NCBI RefSeq assembly: GCF_000143415.4
Contig: NW_003314270.1
Span: forward strand, 3,069,668-3,133,667
Length of the DNA: 64,000 nucleotides
Origin: Selaginella moellendorffii
Lineage: Eukaryota > Plantae > Lycopodiophyta
Direction: 5' to 3'
Every line of letters starts with the position of its first letter. The stretch's first letter is position 1. The translations under genes were made by a program, and so were the position numbers. Positions 26,067 through 39,924 of this stretch are shown one piece after another. The notes beneath the pieces were generated by a model, which was not told where the DNA came from, did no database searches, and was given only the letters and a program-made list of their open reading frames with translations.

Positions 26067-29000
26067 TTAGACGATCACAAAACAAAAAAGCACTTAAATC
26101 TACGAATGTTTTTTAGCTTATGTTTATTCTATTAGAATAATTAAATTTAATGTTATACATTAGTTTAATAAGTTAGTACAATTGTGACTTTACTTGTGAA
26201 ATATTTATATTTCACATCCCAATCGTCTGTGCAAAGATCACTTTGGAGGTCATGATAAGTCTTTCAAACAGTATCCTCACCATGTTTGTCAGGGTGTATG
26301 TTATTGGCTATTTAGTCCACTTTGTATGCTTCAACCTCCACTATGACAATGCATTTGTGTGTTAGAGATTTTGTCACCAATGCCAAAGGTGGCAATTTGT
26401 GTTTTCTAAAATTAACCACTAGTCTTGTGTAGTTGCAAAACCAAGTAAAGACCTCAAGCTGTTTCTGTAGTATTAAATGGGGTGGAGGCTAGAAGTAGCA
26501 AGTCTGTCTGAATAGAATACTAGGTATAAATATAAGCCAGCTATTTTATCTCTAAGAGGTGGTTACTGATGAATAATGTTTCGATGTATAAGCCAAATAG
26601 AGTTGGAGGACGTGGGCATCCTTATTTGACTTCTATTGTTGTAGTAATATCTCCCTGATGCAAAATCAGCAAGGATGGCATCGTGTTAAGATTAGACTAC
26701 TTGAATTATGTTTGGTGGTGCTCTTATTGCCTTTAAGTGATTTATTAAGCACTGTTGTGGTACTGTGTCAAAAACTTTCTTAAAGGCTACGAAGTAATAG
26801 ATTGAGTGCTTGCCATTCATCATTATCCTTTTGTGTATAGTATGAAGTGTGATGGATGGTCAACACAACTGTATTGTGGTTGAAAGTATGGCATGTTATT
26901 CGTAAACTGGTGCTGCTTGAAAAAAGACTGTACTGCGCAATATTGTGTTTGCTAGGTGGCAACATTTGATGGGCCTGCCATAACTATGTTGTTATTATGC
27001 ACATCCGATAGGCATCCAATGTGATTCGTTGCTTTTTATGATCATCCATACATGCCTATTATGCGGTGTGGCCCATGGCACATGTCTGGTCATCCTTTGA
27101 TTAGGGTCATTTTTTAGGTGAGGATTGCTTGTTGCTAAGCGGGGCATCATGGTGGAGTCCAGATCCAAGGGTATTAGTATTGAAAAATCCAACAAAATAG
27201 CAAAGTGGTTCATATTTGAAATAGTTGAATGGTCTTATTTTCTTTCTATGATAGGATTTGTAAAGAGGTTTTGACATATAGCATACATAGTTAGGTCTAA
27301 CAAACATGAGTAAGTTTCTATTGTTAATTTCAAATATTTTTACTATAGATAACAACAGTTTTTTGCTTGAGATTTTTGTCAGGAGCAAGATGGTATAAGT
27401 GGACAGTCTATCCCATATGATTCAGACTCTTCTTCAACATTTGAGAGGGATAACAGGAGCAATGCATAAAGATATATAATTTTGTGTTCAAAGTAAAATT
27501 TTAAGCATATGATTGTAGGAATTGCAACATTTCTTGAATTCTAGAGGTTATAGCAATCCAACTGCTTTTTATTTGTGGATGCACTTGAAGATTTGTAAGA
27601 CCAAGACAATGGATTACTTGGCATCTTATCTATAAATTTCAAAACCAACATTGTACAAATATATGAGGTTTGTTGATGTAAATTGGAGAGGCATATACAA
27701 TAAGATACCTCCATTAGAGGTACTTCATTATGTCCTCACTAGTGTTGTTATAAATCATGGTGGTACTACATGGGGGATTATGAATGCTTGCTCAAGCTGT
27801 CAAACAGCAAAATATCTTTTTACCTGACATCAAATTCGCAAAGCTTTAGTTATACACAACCTTACAAGGTTCGCACAAAGTCACTTGTCTAAGATTTGGA
27901 GGCAGATATATACTAATGAAGTGCCTTATGCACTGTGCCACATAGATTGTGAGTACTTGATTTAGTTTTCAAACTTCTTTATGTTACCATCTCATTGTAA
28001 ACTAATATTATATAGATTTTATGTCCTTGCCATGATTTGTGGTGTTGCACATTACATCGTCACTTGTGAGTTATTGACTACAAAGTAGTCATATGCAATT
28101 TTCAACACCTATGCACATCTTGTTCACAAATTTAGTCATCCAAAACACACTAGAGGCCAATGATGTGGAGAAAGATATGAATAGAATATGGCTTTTATCC
28201 ATGGCACTTCAGCATGAAACTAGGTCCAAAAATATCTACTCAAATCCTTTTAAATTTTGGTTTTCTTCTTCCAGTGCATTGAGCATCTCTAGAGAGAGCT
28301 TTATGAGAAAGTGATATGGTTTTATAAACAATTATTCAAGTCAATGGAAGATATTAACATTTTAGATGTGTCAAATACATGGCATATGCAAAGCTTGAGG
28401 TGCATATTTGCACCTTATATTGCCAAGGACCTTGTGCATTGAGTTGTGACTTGGAACCTTTATGAGGTTTGAGCATTTCAAAATGGTGACTATTTCAGAG
28501 CTTCTCATGTTTTTACTAATTTGTTTCAACCTATGGAGAGCGAGCTTAGGTAAGAACATATATATATATGCTTTTTATATCTTTAATATGTTTATTGTTT
28601 TTACAACGTAGTTAGAGCATTGAGCAGTAAGGATATTGAACTCTTTCCTAGACCATTTCTATGCAATGTTGAAGGCCACAGGTATTTAGTTCTACCTTTT
28701 GTGTGGTGTTTCCTACCCTAAGAAAGGGAAACACCACACAAAAGTGTTTTCCTCCTTGTTTTGAGCAGCACATAGCAACACTCCAAAATCAAGCATTTTC
28801 ACTTTATCATACTGTGGTAAATTTGGATGAACAATACCTTCTACACTTGAACTTATCAATGCAATGTGCATTAGTAGATGTAGAAGGCATCCTATTCATA
28901 GACTATATTGTAACAACACTACCTATGGCAACTCCAGTCACTAGAAGAGCTCTTAAGAAGTTGCAGATGGCCATTCTCCATCTAGCTTAGTTTTGAATTC

Positions 29001-29149
29001 TTTAAAATTTGTTAATTCTTTCAGGTTTATTCCAATTTTAAGAAGTGGAATTCAAATGTTATCACCAAATATGTATTAGTATTATTGATTCACAAATAAA
29101 AATATATCAAAGCATGATTATATTTTGTAATGCACTCTATCTCTCTCTC

Positions 29150-29540
29150 TTTAAGTCTACTGGAAAATAGGCAATTGCTTAATGAGAGAGCCTTTAATAC
29201 CTATTTTATCCCCATTTATCCCCTAAGATTGCAAGGATTCACAATGATAAATCTCATCTCATGATCATATATGCTACACTATATTTTTAGATCGAAAGAT
29301 GAAATGTGAAATTGAATAACATGTTTTGGATCATATGACAAGATATAGAAGGTAATAATTTTATATGAAAAACATATATGCTATAATTTGGTATAAGAGC
29401 TAAGTGTAGCACATGTGATCATGACATTTAGATATTTTGTTACTGTGGATCTTTAGAATTTTAGGGGATAAATGGGGATAAAATAACCACTAAAGACTGT
29501 TTTATTAAGTATTTGCCCTTTTTTTAGTTAGCTTAAGGGG
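29150..29540. mobile_element. Degenerate foldback/MITE-like element
   Basis: TATTTTATCCCCATTTATCCCCTAA (~29201-29225) is inverted at ~29461-29485, with imperfect extension outward over ~50 bp and an AT-rich non-coding interior. Confidence 0.55.
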
Positions 29541-29729
29541 AAAAAAGATTCACAATCCTAAATATGCTCTTGAATGTTGTTCAAGTCCATGTATGCATCA
29601 ACACAAAGCTCTCTAAAAAGGCATGGTATTTGTTGTGAATGTGACTGTGGTATTAAAAGTTACTTATTGGCTATTCCTTTTGAATATTCTTTACTTACTG
29701 CCACAACAGCAAGAGGTTAGTATTGCTAG

Positions 29730-29980
29730 ACTTTTTATCAGTTCCTTTTGTTCAAGTGTTAGTAAATTAGCTTAGTATCTATACTTGGCCGAATAAGCAT
29801 AAGGAAGGAATTCTTAAGTGTCTATTTAGCAGAGCATACTTGGCTTAGCTTGTTAATTCTCTTTTGCTCTGTCTTGCACTAACTTGACAAGAACCCTCAT
29901 GTATTAAGACTAGTCCCTCAATATTGTTGGATGATAGCTTACCGTATCTGCCAAACACCCTCGCTATCATGCCCTTTATA
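29730..29980. repeat. Dispersed repeat; inverted diverged copy at ~45415-45660
   Basis: TCTGCCAAACACCCTCGCTATCATGCCCTTT (~29948-29978) matches AAAGGGCATGATAGCGAGGGTGTTTGGCAGA (~45418-45449), with weaker similarity over ~250 bp. Confidence 0.7.
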
Positions 29981-32900
29981 TCTAGTAAATTTAAAATTTG
30001 TTCTAGAGATTAATTCTTGGTACCAAGGGAGGCTTGGGGTGGCCTAAAGCATGTGTTCCTCAGGGGGCGGGGGGGGGGGGATAGTGGGTAAGTTGGGCAT
30101 GGTTAACCAACTTGAGGCATAGTTTAGCTCCCACTTGCATGCTTGTCCTTGTTTTGCGTCCGACTTAGGTTTAAGCCCAAGTTCCACACTATGCTAGTTG
30201 GTGGAGTACCTATATCTTCGCATTAGATCATTGGTATGCTGAAATAGTGTTAGACTTTTTTTGGGTTCCATTTTGCATGTTAGTCCTGGCATTGGGATAT
30301 TAGATGCTCTAGGACTGTTCTAAATTGCTTTGTGCTCCTATCCCTTTACTCATTAGACTGTATACTCAGGAGTTGCTTTGTGGTTTAGTTCCGTCGCTCC
30401 TTGGCTCCATGCTTAGGAGTTTGGCTCTGTACCTTCATTCAATGGCCCAAGGCCTTGAAACTTGGGTTGCATGTCACTAACCTTTGGACACGTGGCATAT
30501 GGCACGTGGTATATAACACATGGCACATAGAGGGTCTAGGTTCCGCTTCGTGGTGTTATTCTATGGTAAATCGCCATAGGATAAAGGGTAAAATTCACGT
30601 GTGCTACAGTATTGCATTAGGAGGCCGTGAGGACAAGGTTTGTGTCAAATGTTTGTCATAAATTCACCTTGACAAGTTCTCCTCCATCACCAAACTCACA
30701 TCCATCTTCCTTTCTCACGAGGTTTGAGCAAGTGATTAGTGCTATAACAAAGATTTGAGAGTTTAATGCTTCAATAGTGACTGTAGTAAAGCTTTCTAAG
30801 CTATATCATGACAATTCGCTAAAAGTGACAGCCACTATTGAAGGAACCACCATCCAAGACATTCATCCAAGTTCATAACAAACCTCTTCACCCTCCAAGT
30901 ATGTTCTAGCTTTGCTAAGCCAAATGCATACTAGCTTATTGTGGCCAAAAATATTTAAATTAAAGTATGATTTTACTTTATTTCAACTATATAATAACAC
31001 AATAGTGCCTAGTTTATAGTTTTTTTGTTTATTATTATAATTAATATTTATGATTTCTTATCTTGTATGTCTTATAATGATAATAAAGTGGGAAATTCTG
31101 ATTTTATTTTAATTATAATAATCTCTAGCTCTCTTTTTATTATATTTTGATTAAAAATTATTAATTTTGGTTTAATGTATTTTTAAAATTCTTATTCTAC
31201 TATCTGAGAACTCCTTGACTGTCAGCCATAGAACCTCCATTCAAGTGTAAATTCAACCATAAGTTCAATAGAACTTTTAGGTCGATGATGAGCATGAGGT
31301 TATAGATATTTTCCATTTTAGGGTTAGGGTCGCCCCTATTTAGGGTTTGGTGCAAGGCACAAACAATTAATATCTTTGGACAGTGTGAGATATCAATTTA
31401 TTAATATTGGATTTGAAACTTGGCATGATTACAGTTTTGCCTCAATTTTGTGTTCTCCTGCTATCACGAGCTTCAGAGGCAGCAAACTTCATCATCCATT
31501 TCTTCCAGGTGTTCTAGTGATCGATCAGGCAACACTACAGCATGGTAAAGCTAGAGCGATCTTTGTCCCATCTGAGCCATATCTTCATTGTTTCTCTTTT
31601 TTTCCAGGTGAGTGGGCTAAAAATAACAAGAAGAGGGGAAACCTAGAGAAAAGATCCTTTTGGATTCATAGTAGGCACTCAATCTTCTGTGGCTATCTAA
31701 TGTGAGTAACACTCTATTTGGTTCAGTTCCTATCATGCCTACAGCGCATGAGCATGTGATCTATGTCCCATTCCCATCCTTCTTCTAACAAGATTTTTGC
31801 CTTCATGCCCGTCCAACATGATCAATGCGGGCAACAATATACATAACTTGTTGCAGCTCAAATCCCGCAACTGAGTGTCAACACATGCATTATACTCCTA
31901 GACAATCTTATTCTTCAAGGCCACACAACACCACCGAGCACACACTAACAAAGTTGGCTTTACATCCAAAGGGATGCATAGGAGTGGTTAGCTTTTTGTT
32001 TTTCCTATTTGCAATACTCACTCTCTGATTGTTTTTCCTAATCACAACTCAATGCATTTGCCACATCGGTGCCTAGACAACGGCCAGCAATTACATTTTC
32101 TGGAAGCCCCAGACACTACACTCTCTCGATAGGGTCCTCAACATCTTGCGATGGCCCTGTTGAGGGAAGGAGGGGCACCTCCCCCAACCCTTGCTCAAAC
32201 ATGAGAAATGCTTCAATGCTCTCCACAAAATGCCCCTCCTTTGCCCTTGTGGGGCAAGGGTTTTATACAAGGAAGATAGGGAATATTTTGAGGACCAGAA
32301 TAATCCCTCTCTCTCTCTCTCTCAATGGCCACGCCCTAACATGTGACCACGGTGGATCGCACTGGCTCCAGACACACAAGAACCCTCCGAAGAGTGTAGA
32401 GTGTACCTTTGCTACTGATGCCAAGTGTTGGTAATTGCATGAGATAGTAGAAACTTTAGAAAACAAAGTGGAAAAGGAAAGAAAAGAAGTAGGTGCAAAG
32501 TTTGAAGACAGGGGAGAAACCTAGTGGGAAACCTTGTAGTCAAACTAGACCTAAAGTTTAAGAAAAGTGCAAAAAAAGTGTGGAAAGGGGAGAAAAATAG
32601 ATGAAAAAAAAGTGAATGCCCAAAGAACTTAACCCATATTTGGATTGCAGTTCAAGAAAGTGTAATATGCAAATGCAACCTCGTGATAACTTCAGGTATG
32701 CTCCAAGGATTAACCAAATTCAAGAAAGAAAAAGAGGTAGAAGAGGGGATGCATTGCCTAAGGGTGGTAAGTGTAGAAATGATGAAAGATGGAGTGATAT
32801 GGTGGAGTGCCGAGATGGTGGTGGCACTCTGAGAAGGTGGCCATCTCTGAAAGTGTTAGGCCAATGGTCTGGTATGTCAGACTGAAGAAGATAGCAGTTG

Positions 32901-33539
32901 AAAAGGATGGCGTAGTCGTTGGGTTGCTTGTAAAGAGAGGTGGCATGTGCCTACTGAGTGCTGGAGTAGAAAAAAGTGGCTTTGGCTTCTGTGGCCTCAT
33001 CTAAAGATCCACCTAGGTGCCTTGAGTGAACAGGTTCACCTGGTTGCAAGAAAGTCGCTCCAGAAAAGCTAGTGTGTTGTTGGCAAATGGTCGTAATGAT
33101 ACCTCGAAAATGGCATGTCCAAATGAGGTGGTGTCTTCTATTGCTGGTGTGTGTATGTGTGTCTGTGGTATGGTGTAAATGTGACTTTGAACGGAGATGT
33201 AAATGATGGTGAAAGAATGAAAGATGCAAGACCGGCATTTAGAGGTAAGTGTGGGCAACGCTACTCGAAGTGATTGGTGATGGAACTGTGAGTGTAGATG
33301 ATATAGAATGGGTATGGGGAGTGTGTGGGGTGTAGTAATGGTGAGGGAAGGGCCAAAGAACCTAGAATATAGACTAAGCCAAGTGAGAAACCTTTATACA
33401 AACAGCAATGCAGCCTAAGCATGAAATCCAAGGCACGAGCCACAGTCCAATGGAGAAACACCCTCTAAAAGTAAGAAGAGGAGCCATGAAAGTAAAGTGA
33501 AAGAAAGGAAGAAAAAGAAAAAGAAGAGAAGAGGAACAC

Positions 33540-36500
33540 TTCACCGAATGAAGCGTTTGAGGTGAGAGTTGTTGTGAGTATGTGGGAACTCATGTTCCTT
33601 AGCATCAGCTAGCACATATGCTCCACCTTTGATGTGTCACTGGACAAATTAGGGGCTGGTCTAGCGAGGGGAGAACTTCGAAGGCGGTATAAACTCCTTA
33701 AGTAGAACAAGATCGCCATCCTCGAATGGTTCAGCAGACTGCTGGTGATCAATGATTAACTTGATCTTCTGCTTGCCTCGAAGGAGATGTTAAGTCGTGG
33801 ATCATCACTGTTCTTCCAAGGCAAGAACCTCCAAGTCACATGCATGAAGCTTGTCCTCATTGCTAAGTTGCATCGCTGCTGCATATCGAAGTGAAAGTGA
33901 GAATGATGGCACCTAAATCTCCACTGGAAGCATGGCCTTTGTCCCATATATAAGGGAGAATGGGGTCATAGAGATGGATGTCTTGAAGGACATCCAAAAG
34001 GCTTACAATGCCGTAACCAAGTGCTTGTGCTAACGCCTTGGGTGATCCTCCACAAGCTTTGAGATGACTATCTTTAATATCCTGTTGCTGGACTCGGCTT
34101 GGCCATTTCACTCAGGATAATAGCTGCTGCTCTTCATGTGCTTGACCTGCAGCTGCTAGAGAAGATGCTGCATCACCTGTCCAAGGAAGCCACTGCCACG
34201 ATTGGAAATCAAAATGATAGGAACTCTGAATTGGCAAATAATGTACTCATAGATAAACTTTGCTGTAGACTGTTGATCTGCCTGTCACAGAGGGGTGGCC
34301 TCAACCCATTTTGTGAAATAGTCCATTGCCACGATGATGTATCTTTGTCCTTTTGAGCTCGGTGGGTTGATTGGGATACAAGATCCAGCAAGAAAGTGAC
34401 GAAATCGCTCCAAGGTATAAACAATAGCCACCGCTTCTTTTTCCGCATCCACGTACTTCTTCTCAGTCTCTTTGAACAAATCTGAGGCATAATATGTTGT
34501 TTGCTAGGCTGTGAAAATTGGCAAAGGCATACTCCAAAAGCCTCTGTACCTGTCGTGATGTAAATTTTGAAAGGAAGTTGTTGTTTTGGTGGCTGGAGTA
34601 CCGGGGCCGTGCAGAGTGACTACTTCAGTGATTCAAAGGCTTGTTGTTGGGACTCACCCCAGACAAATGGAATGTTGTGTTGTAGCAGAGCTATCAAAGG
34701 ACGTGAACGTGCAGCATAGTTGTGGAGGAAACAACGAAAGAAACCCATTTACTTGAGGAAGCTATGAAGCTGCTTCACATTGGTTGGTGGGTGCCGATCC
34801 ATAATCTCCTGACCCTTGGCTACCTGGGGCTTGATCCCATCTTGTGAGACATCAAAGCCTAGCAACCGGCCTTTAGTCACCCTGAATTTACACTTTGCCG
34901 TGTTCAATGAAAACCTTTGTTGTCGATAGCGAGTGAAGATCTGCTCCAAGTGCGCAAGGTGGTCCTCAAAGGAGTCAGAGGTGGTGCACAAATCATCCAT
35001 ATACACCCTCAAGGCACCTCCAATCAGGTTGTGAAAGGCGTGGGTCATGAACCGCTGAAAAGTAGCTCCAACGTTACACAAGCCAAATGGTAGGACGTTG
35101 AATGCAAAGACGCCCCAAGGTGTCCAGAAGGCCATAAGATCTTGATGATCGGGATGAACAAAGATCTGGTTGTACCCTGAAATGCCATCCATGAAAGAGT
35201 AGTAATAGTGTCCAGTCATCTCATCTATGATCGCATCGATAAATGAAGTTAGAAAGTGATCTTTCACGGTTGCCTTGTTCAAGTCTCGAAAGTCAACGCA
35301 AAGGCGGATTTTTCCATTTGCCTTGCATGCACGGACGAGGTTGGCCACCCACTCTGAGCTCTCCAAAGGGTAAATAAAGCCGGTGGCCAAAGTCGCTTGA
35401 TCTCCAACTTCATTTCTGAGTGAGCTGCCGGGCTGAAATGCCGCATCTTTTGACGGACTAGTTTGGCTGACTCTAAAAGCACAATACTATGCATGATTGT
35501 GTCCATGGGAACTCCTAGAAGCTGGCTGTAGTCCCAAGCAAACACGTCCTTGAAACAATGAAGGAGGTCCAAGAGCTTTGCTGCGTTTGTTGAAGCAAGT
35601 GATGTGGCAATAAAGACCAGGTCCTTATCATCACCTAGGAAAATGGCATGAACCCTGAAGTCTGGAGAAACCTTGGGCTCAGGGGGTTCATCTATCTTAG
35701 ATTCCTCCTTAACTTTGGAAACCAAAGAGCAGGCATTGCCTTTTGCCTCTTGCATCATGGTGATTGCTTGATGTGATAACCTGTCCGCCCAAAAGTTTTC
35801 TTTATGAGGGACACTTTGAAAAGTCACCTGAGAGAACTCATCCTTCATGTTGACCACCCACTGCCATAGCTCTTTTAGGTTCTCTTTGCAGACTTGGTAT
35901 TCTCCAGTAAGTTGGCGTATGATGAGTTGCGCATCTCCAATGAAATTGACTTGCCTAAGTTTGAGATCAGTGGTCAACTTCATGGCGCTGATAGCCGCCA
36001 AGTACTCCACTTCATTAGCTAATGTTGCTGGCAAAGTGATAGAGAGGTTAGCTACTTTGTTCTCCGCAGGATCAATCATCCAAACTCCAATGCTAGCAAC
36101 CTAGTTTTTGGGGTAGAAAGCACTGTCAAAATAAGCTGTAATCATAGGGGTGTCCTCTTCTTCAAATAAAAATGTTGGGGACACCATATCCAGCAAGACC
36201 ATCTTTGGCAAGTCAGGCAAGAACGTTGCTATTGGATCCAAAGCCTTTGTCTGTTGTTCCCTTTGCTTTTGATGCTCTGAGCACTCAATGTCTAATGCGA
36301 GGACTGTAGCCAAGTACTCTGCAAGGAAGGAAGATCCTCCACTGAAGTCAAGTCCAAGTCTGGTGCTAAAGTTTCAGTGTAATACACTTGCATCTATACC
36401 GGGAGCTCCACGGTAGGAAATTCTGAACTCAAAGTGTTATATTTTGCATGCAGTATGTCCAATTAGCTTGATTCTTTCTACCAATTGTGTGTCTAGATGT

Positions 36501-38910
36501 CATCCTTCATCTCCAAAAAAAATCATGAAAAAATACACTTAGAGTCGTCAGCTACCATGATTTTAGTAGGAAGATGCTGGCTATATGACACCTCAAATAG
36601 TTTCTGAGGAGGATTGAGTTTGGCTTTGTCCTGTGAAAGATGGACCTGGTCTAGAGTGACTGTGTCATCAAGCTCCATAAGAGAGAGTTGGTCCCATGCA
36701 AGAAATAAATCGAGAAGCCCTTTCTCTATGGAGAAACACTCCAAAAATCTGGATACGGGAGCCCATACCCTATAAGCCTTGCCATCAAATAAAGAGGGCA
36801 TGGCTAGAGGCTCGGCCTTACTCTCAAATAAAGAGAGTGAGGTTGAGAGATGTCTCAAGCTATTTGACTCACCTCCAACAATGTCAATCGCATTGCATGA
36901 GAAAGCATTCGTCATATAGATGGTCGACTCCACTGCCAACTCAGGAAAAACCTTTGTGAGCTTAGGAGGAAAGTGTGGTGTGGAGGCCATCTTAGCCTGA
37001 GCTTGCTGGGGTTGCTGAGAAAGAGCTTTGCTGTGGTTGTTGAGAAAGGTGGCGCTATAAGTTTCGTCGCTAATTTCCATCTTGTCTTGTGTGTTGTCAA
37101 TGGTGCAATGGGCTGTGACTTGCCATGAGCGGCCAAGGATGATAGAGTCATTCAAAGAGGACATTCCAAGATGTTGGTAGTCAACCATGAGGAAATCTAC
37201 ATCAGAAATAACACCTTGCTTTGAGACCTTGACACCACAGCAAATGCCCGCTGGAGGAACGATGTGGTTGGCGAAGGTCTTGAGCATGATGGAGGAGCTC
37301 TCAGTGATCTATAGCTATGTTGAAAGGGCAGCTTCAAGAGAAATAATGTTGCTTCCAGAACCAGAGTCAACCAAAGCCTCCATCTGACAAGAGGAAGTAC
37401 CAATTTGCACTGGGACGAAGAATGGACCAGGATCTCCACCGTATCTTGTCATGTCGACAATGTGCACATCTTGAGGAGTTCTCTTGAGAGTGCTCTCTAG
37501 TGTTCCTTACTGTGCAAACTCCTCTAAATGCTAGCCGAATCCCGGGACAAGGCACAACATGTCTTGGAGCGAAAAGGTGACAGGAGTGTCAACCAGCTGT
37601 TGAAGAACCGGCTCCAAAACAGAAATAGCTGTTGGTGAGATCTCAGAAGGAGAAGAGAGTAGTGACTTGAAGGGGAGCTTATAAGCCACCCTTTGTGTTA
37701 CTGGATTTGGTGCCAACAGAGATTCACTTTCAACTGACGCTGGGGGATCTATGACAGGCTGAGCGGCTGCCTTCTTCTTCGCTTGGGTTCGATTGGCTGT
37801 GGTTTGCTACTATTGTCTATAGAGTTCCTCAACTACCAAAATTGTGTTGACCGATGAGGCTGGTGCTTGGCTTTTCTTGACGAAGGGGCTGCCTCAATCG
37901 CCTGTTGCTCCAACTGCTCCTGATATGTCTCTGGACCCCGAGACGATGTGGAATTGTCAACAAAAGGATGTTGTTGGACATGTTGAAAAGGTGGAGGCCG
38001 AAGCTCTAGGTGAAGCTTGAAGCAATGCTGTGTGTTGTGTGCATTCGTCTCGTAGTGAGTGCACGAAAGGGACTTAAATTTGTGTTCTTGAGCTGCAACG
38101 GCCTCTTTCCTGGACTCCACCAGCTCCTGGAGCAGCTTGTCATGGTGTGATTGTTGATGAAGAATGATCTCCTTCAGCTGCTACATCTCATTGGCAAAGT
38201 TTTCAATAGCCGGAGGTGTATGCTCAATAGCGATGAGCTTTTGTGTGGATGGGCGAATAGTTGCACAAGGTGACTCTGATGGGGTGACGGCTTGGTCGAA
38301 ATCAACTCTAGCAATCCCCAAGTCAACAAGAAGCTCTCTTTCTAGCTTTGTGGCAAACAAAAATGCCTCACGGCAAGACTTGAATGTCTTCTTAAGAAGT
38401 TTCCGCTACAAGTTCCCACGTAGACCCGTTGTGAATGCCGTGATCCCTTGTTGCTCATCTTGGACCACTCTGCAATCCCAACACTACTTCCAGTATGCTC
38501 AAAACCAGGCGATGTAATCAGGAACAGACTCGTGAGCACCCTGCCTGAACAAAAAGAGGTCGATGAGTAGTCGATTTGTGGGTTTTTCTTTAATGAAACA
38601 TTCTTTGAAAGAAGCAAGTAGTGTCTGGAAGTCTGTTCGGTTCTCTGGGAGGAGAGGGTCTACCCAAGTTGCTGCTTTGCCTTTGAGAGACTGCAAGAAG
38701 TCGTGGCAGTGTAGTAGTAGTTAAAGTGACTAATATGTGATGTTGGGGAGAATGTTCCAACACCTAAGAAGGTCGGGAGATTACTCCCCTTCTGCAAAAC
38801 ATAGAGATGAGGTCAAGCTAAAGGTGGCTGTGCCATAGCTCTTAGATCTAAGTCACTAAAATTTGCCGAGGATGAAGAGGACTCAACCCAAGAAGGTGCT
38901 GTGTTGTACC
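33540..38910 (-). mobile_element. Degenerate Ty3/Gypsy Tat-type retrotransposon (gag-PR-aRH-RT-RH-INT); its 5' leader and LTR resume at 44605 onward
   Basis: gag (LKGKAATW), protease ALVDSGS, extra RNase H (YFD..NEVEY..FIGDAQL..ENFWADRL), RT (LCVDFRDLN, PFGLCN, YMDD), RH (EKEAVA), INT (YIIVAMDYFTKWVEA). Multiple stops and frameshifts. Putative LTR end TGTGACA plus PBS-like TGGCACCC at ~44672-44689 on the minus strand. 3' LTR not located. Confidence 0.88.
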
Positions 38911-39206
38911 TGTGAGACACAAAATCCCTAGGCCCCAAAGTGGAGCCGGAAAGGGTGCCATGTGGTAGTGGCCGAAGCAAAAGCCAAACGAGCGTAACAC
39001 GTTTGGACTAAAAGCTCTGACTTCAAAGGTTGAGAGCGGGAGTGGAACTCCCAACAAAGTGCTCAAGGAATGAGCACGAAGCGAGCCATAAGCGAGGCTC
39101 TACAAAGGGACCCAAAGGGACCAATATATGACACGTGGAAGAGTCCAAGATGGACCCGAGATGGAGTCCGAGATGGAGTCCGAGATGGACCGAGACGGAG
39201 TCCGAG

Positions 39207-39393
39207 TGTAAGGAACCGACTCCCTAAGATGTCGTAGGCTAAAGGATCCCCAAAAGCTTGACCGAAATGACAAAGAGTGCACCCCCTTTTCCAATTGGTT
39301 AAGGGTCTTGGGATATTTGGGGTTAAGCGTCCTTGGGTTTGAATAGTACTGGGCTGGGTGACCTCCCGGGAAGTCCAAACTCAGGAGCTTACA
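39207..39393 (+). mobile_element. Cassandra-like LTR containing a 5S rRNA internal control region (39321-39376)
   Basis: TGTAAG...CTTACA termini, contains GGTTAAGCGTCCTTGGGTTTGAATAGTACTGGGCTGGGTGACCTCCCGGGAAGTCC, followed by a Met-i PBS. Confidence 0.85.
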
Positions 39394-39794
39394 ATTTGGT
39401 ATCGAAGCTGTTCCTTAGTCCAACTCTTATTGGTGGCCAAGTATATCACCACAAGTGTTAGCATCGGAAGGTCCTAGGAGTGGGCCTATCCTTGAGGAGT
39501 AGCAAGTCGGGAAGACATGGCTCTCCACTACAGTTCAAGTGTGAACTTGTAAGTGAGGTGGTGGATAGAAAGGGGTCAATAATAGAACGACTTTGGGATC
39601 TTGGGAACAGTATAAGGGTTTCCTCAAAGAGTTGAGGATGTGATCCAAATGAGTGTTTGACTCAGCAAACGGGCTAATGTAGTTGTGGTAAACAACTATA
39701 GTTGGGATCACGGGAAAGATGAAAACTCCAAATCAATAAAGGAGTCACAAGATTACCCTCATATAGTTGAGGTTGGTGCTCATGAATGTGAGAC

Positions 39795-39924
39795 CAGAAG
39801 TAATGACCGTGGGAGGTCAAATACGGAAGAAGGGCTCAAATCCTTGAAATGGTAGCAGGCAGAAGTAATGACCGTGGGAGGTCAAATACGGAAGAAGGGC
39901 TCAAATCCTTGAAATGGTAGCAGG
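39795..39924. repeat. Perfect 65-bp tandem duplication
   Basis: CAGAAGTAATGACC...GGTAGCAGG occurs twice. Confidence 0.9.

Noticed and set aside
26100-29100. Possible gene or transposase remnant in the AT-rich region
   Set aside because: No ORF or motif I can assign. Probably decayed TE sequence.
31318-31800. Exon-intron-like signals after TTAGGG motifs
   Set aside because: No continuous reading frame or recognisable product.
39321-39376. Functional 5S rRNA gene
   Set aside because: Only the ~56-nt internal control region matches. The 5' half and poly-T terminator are absent, and it lies inside an LTR.
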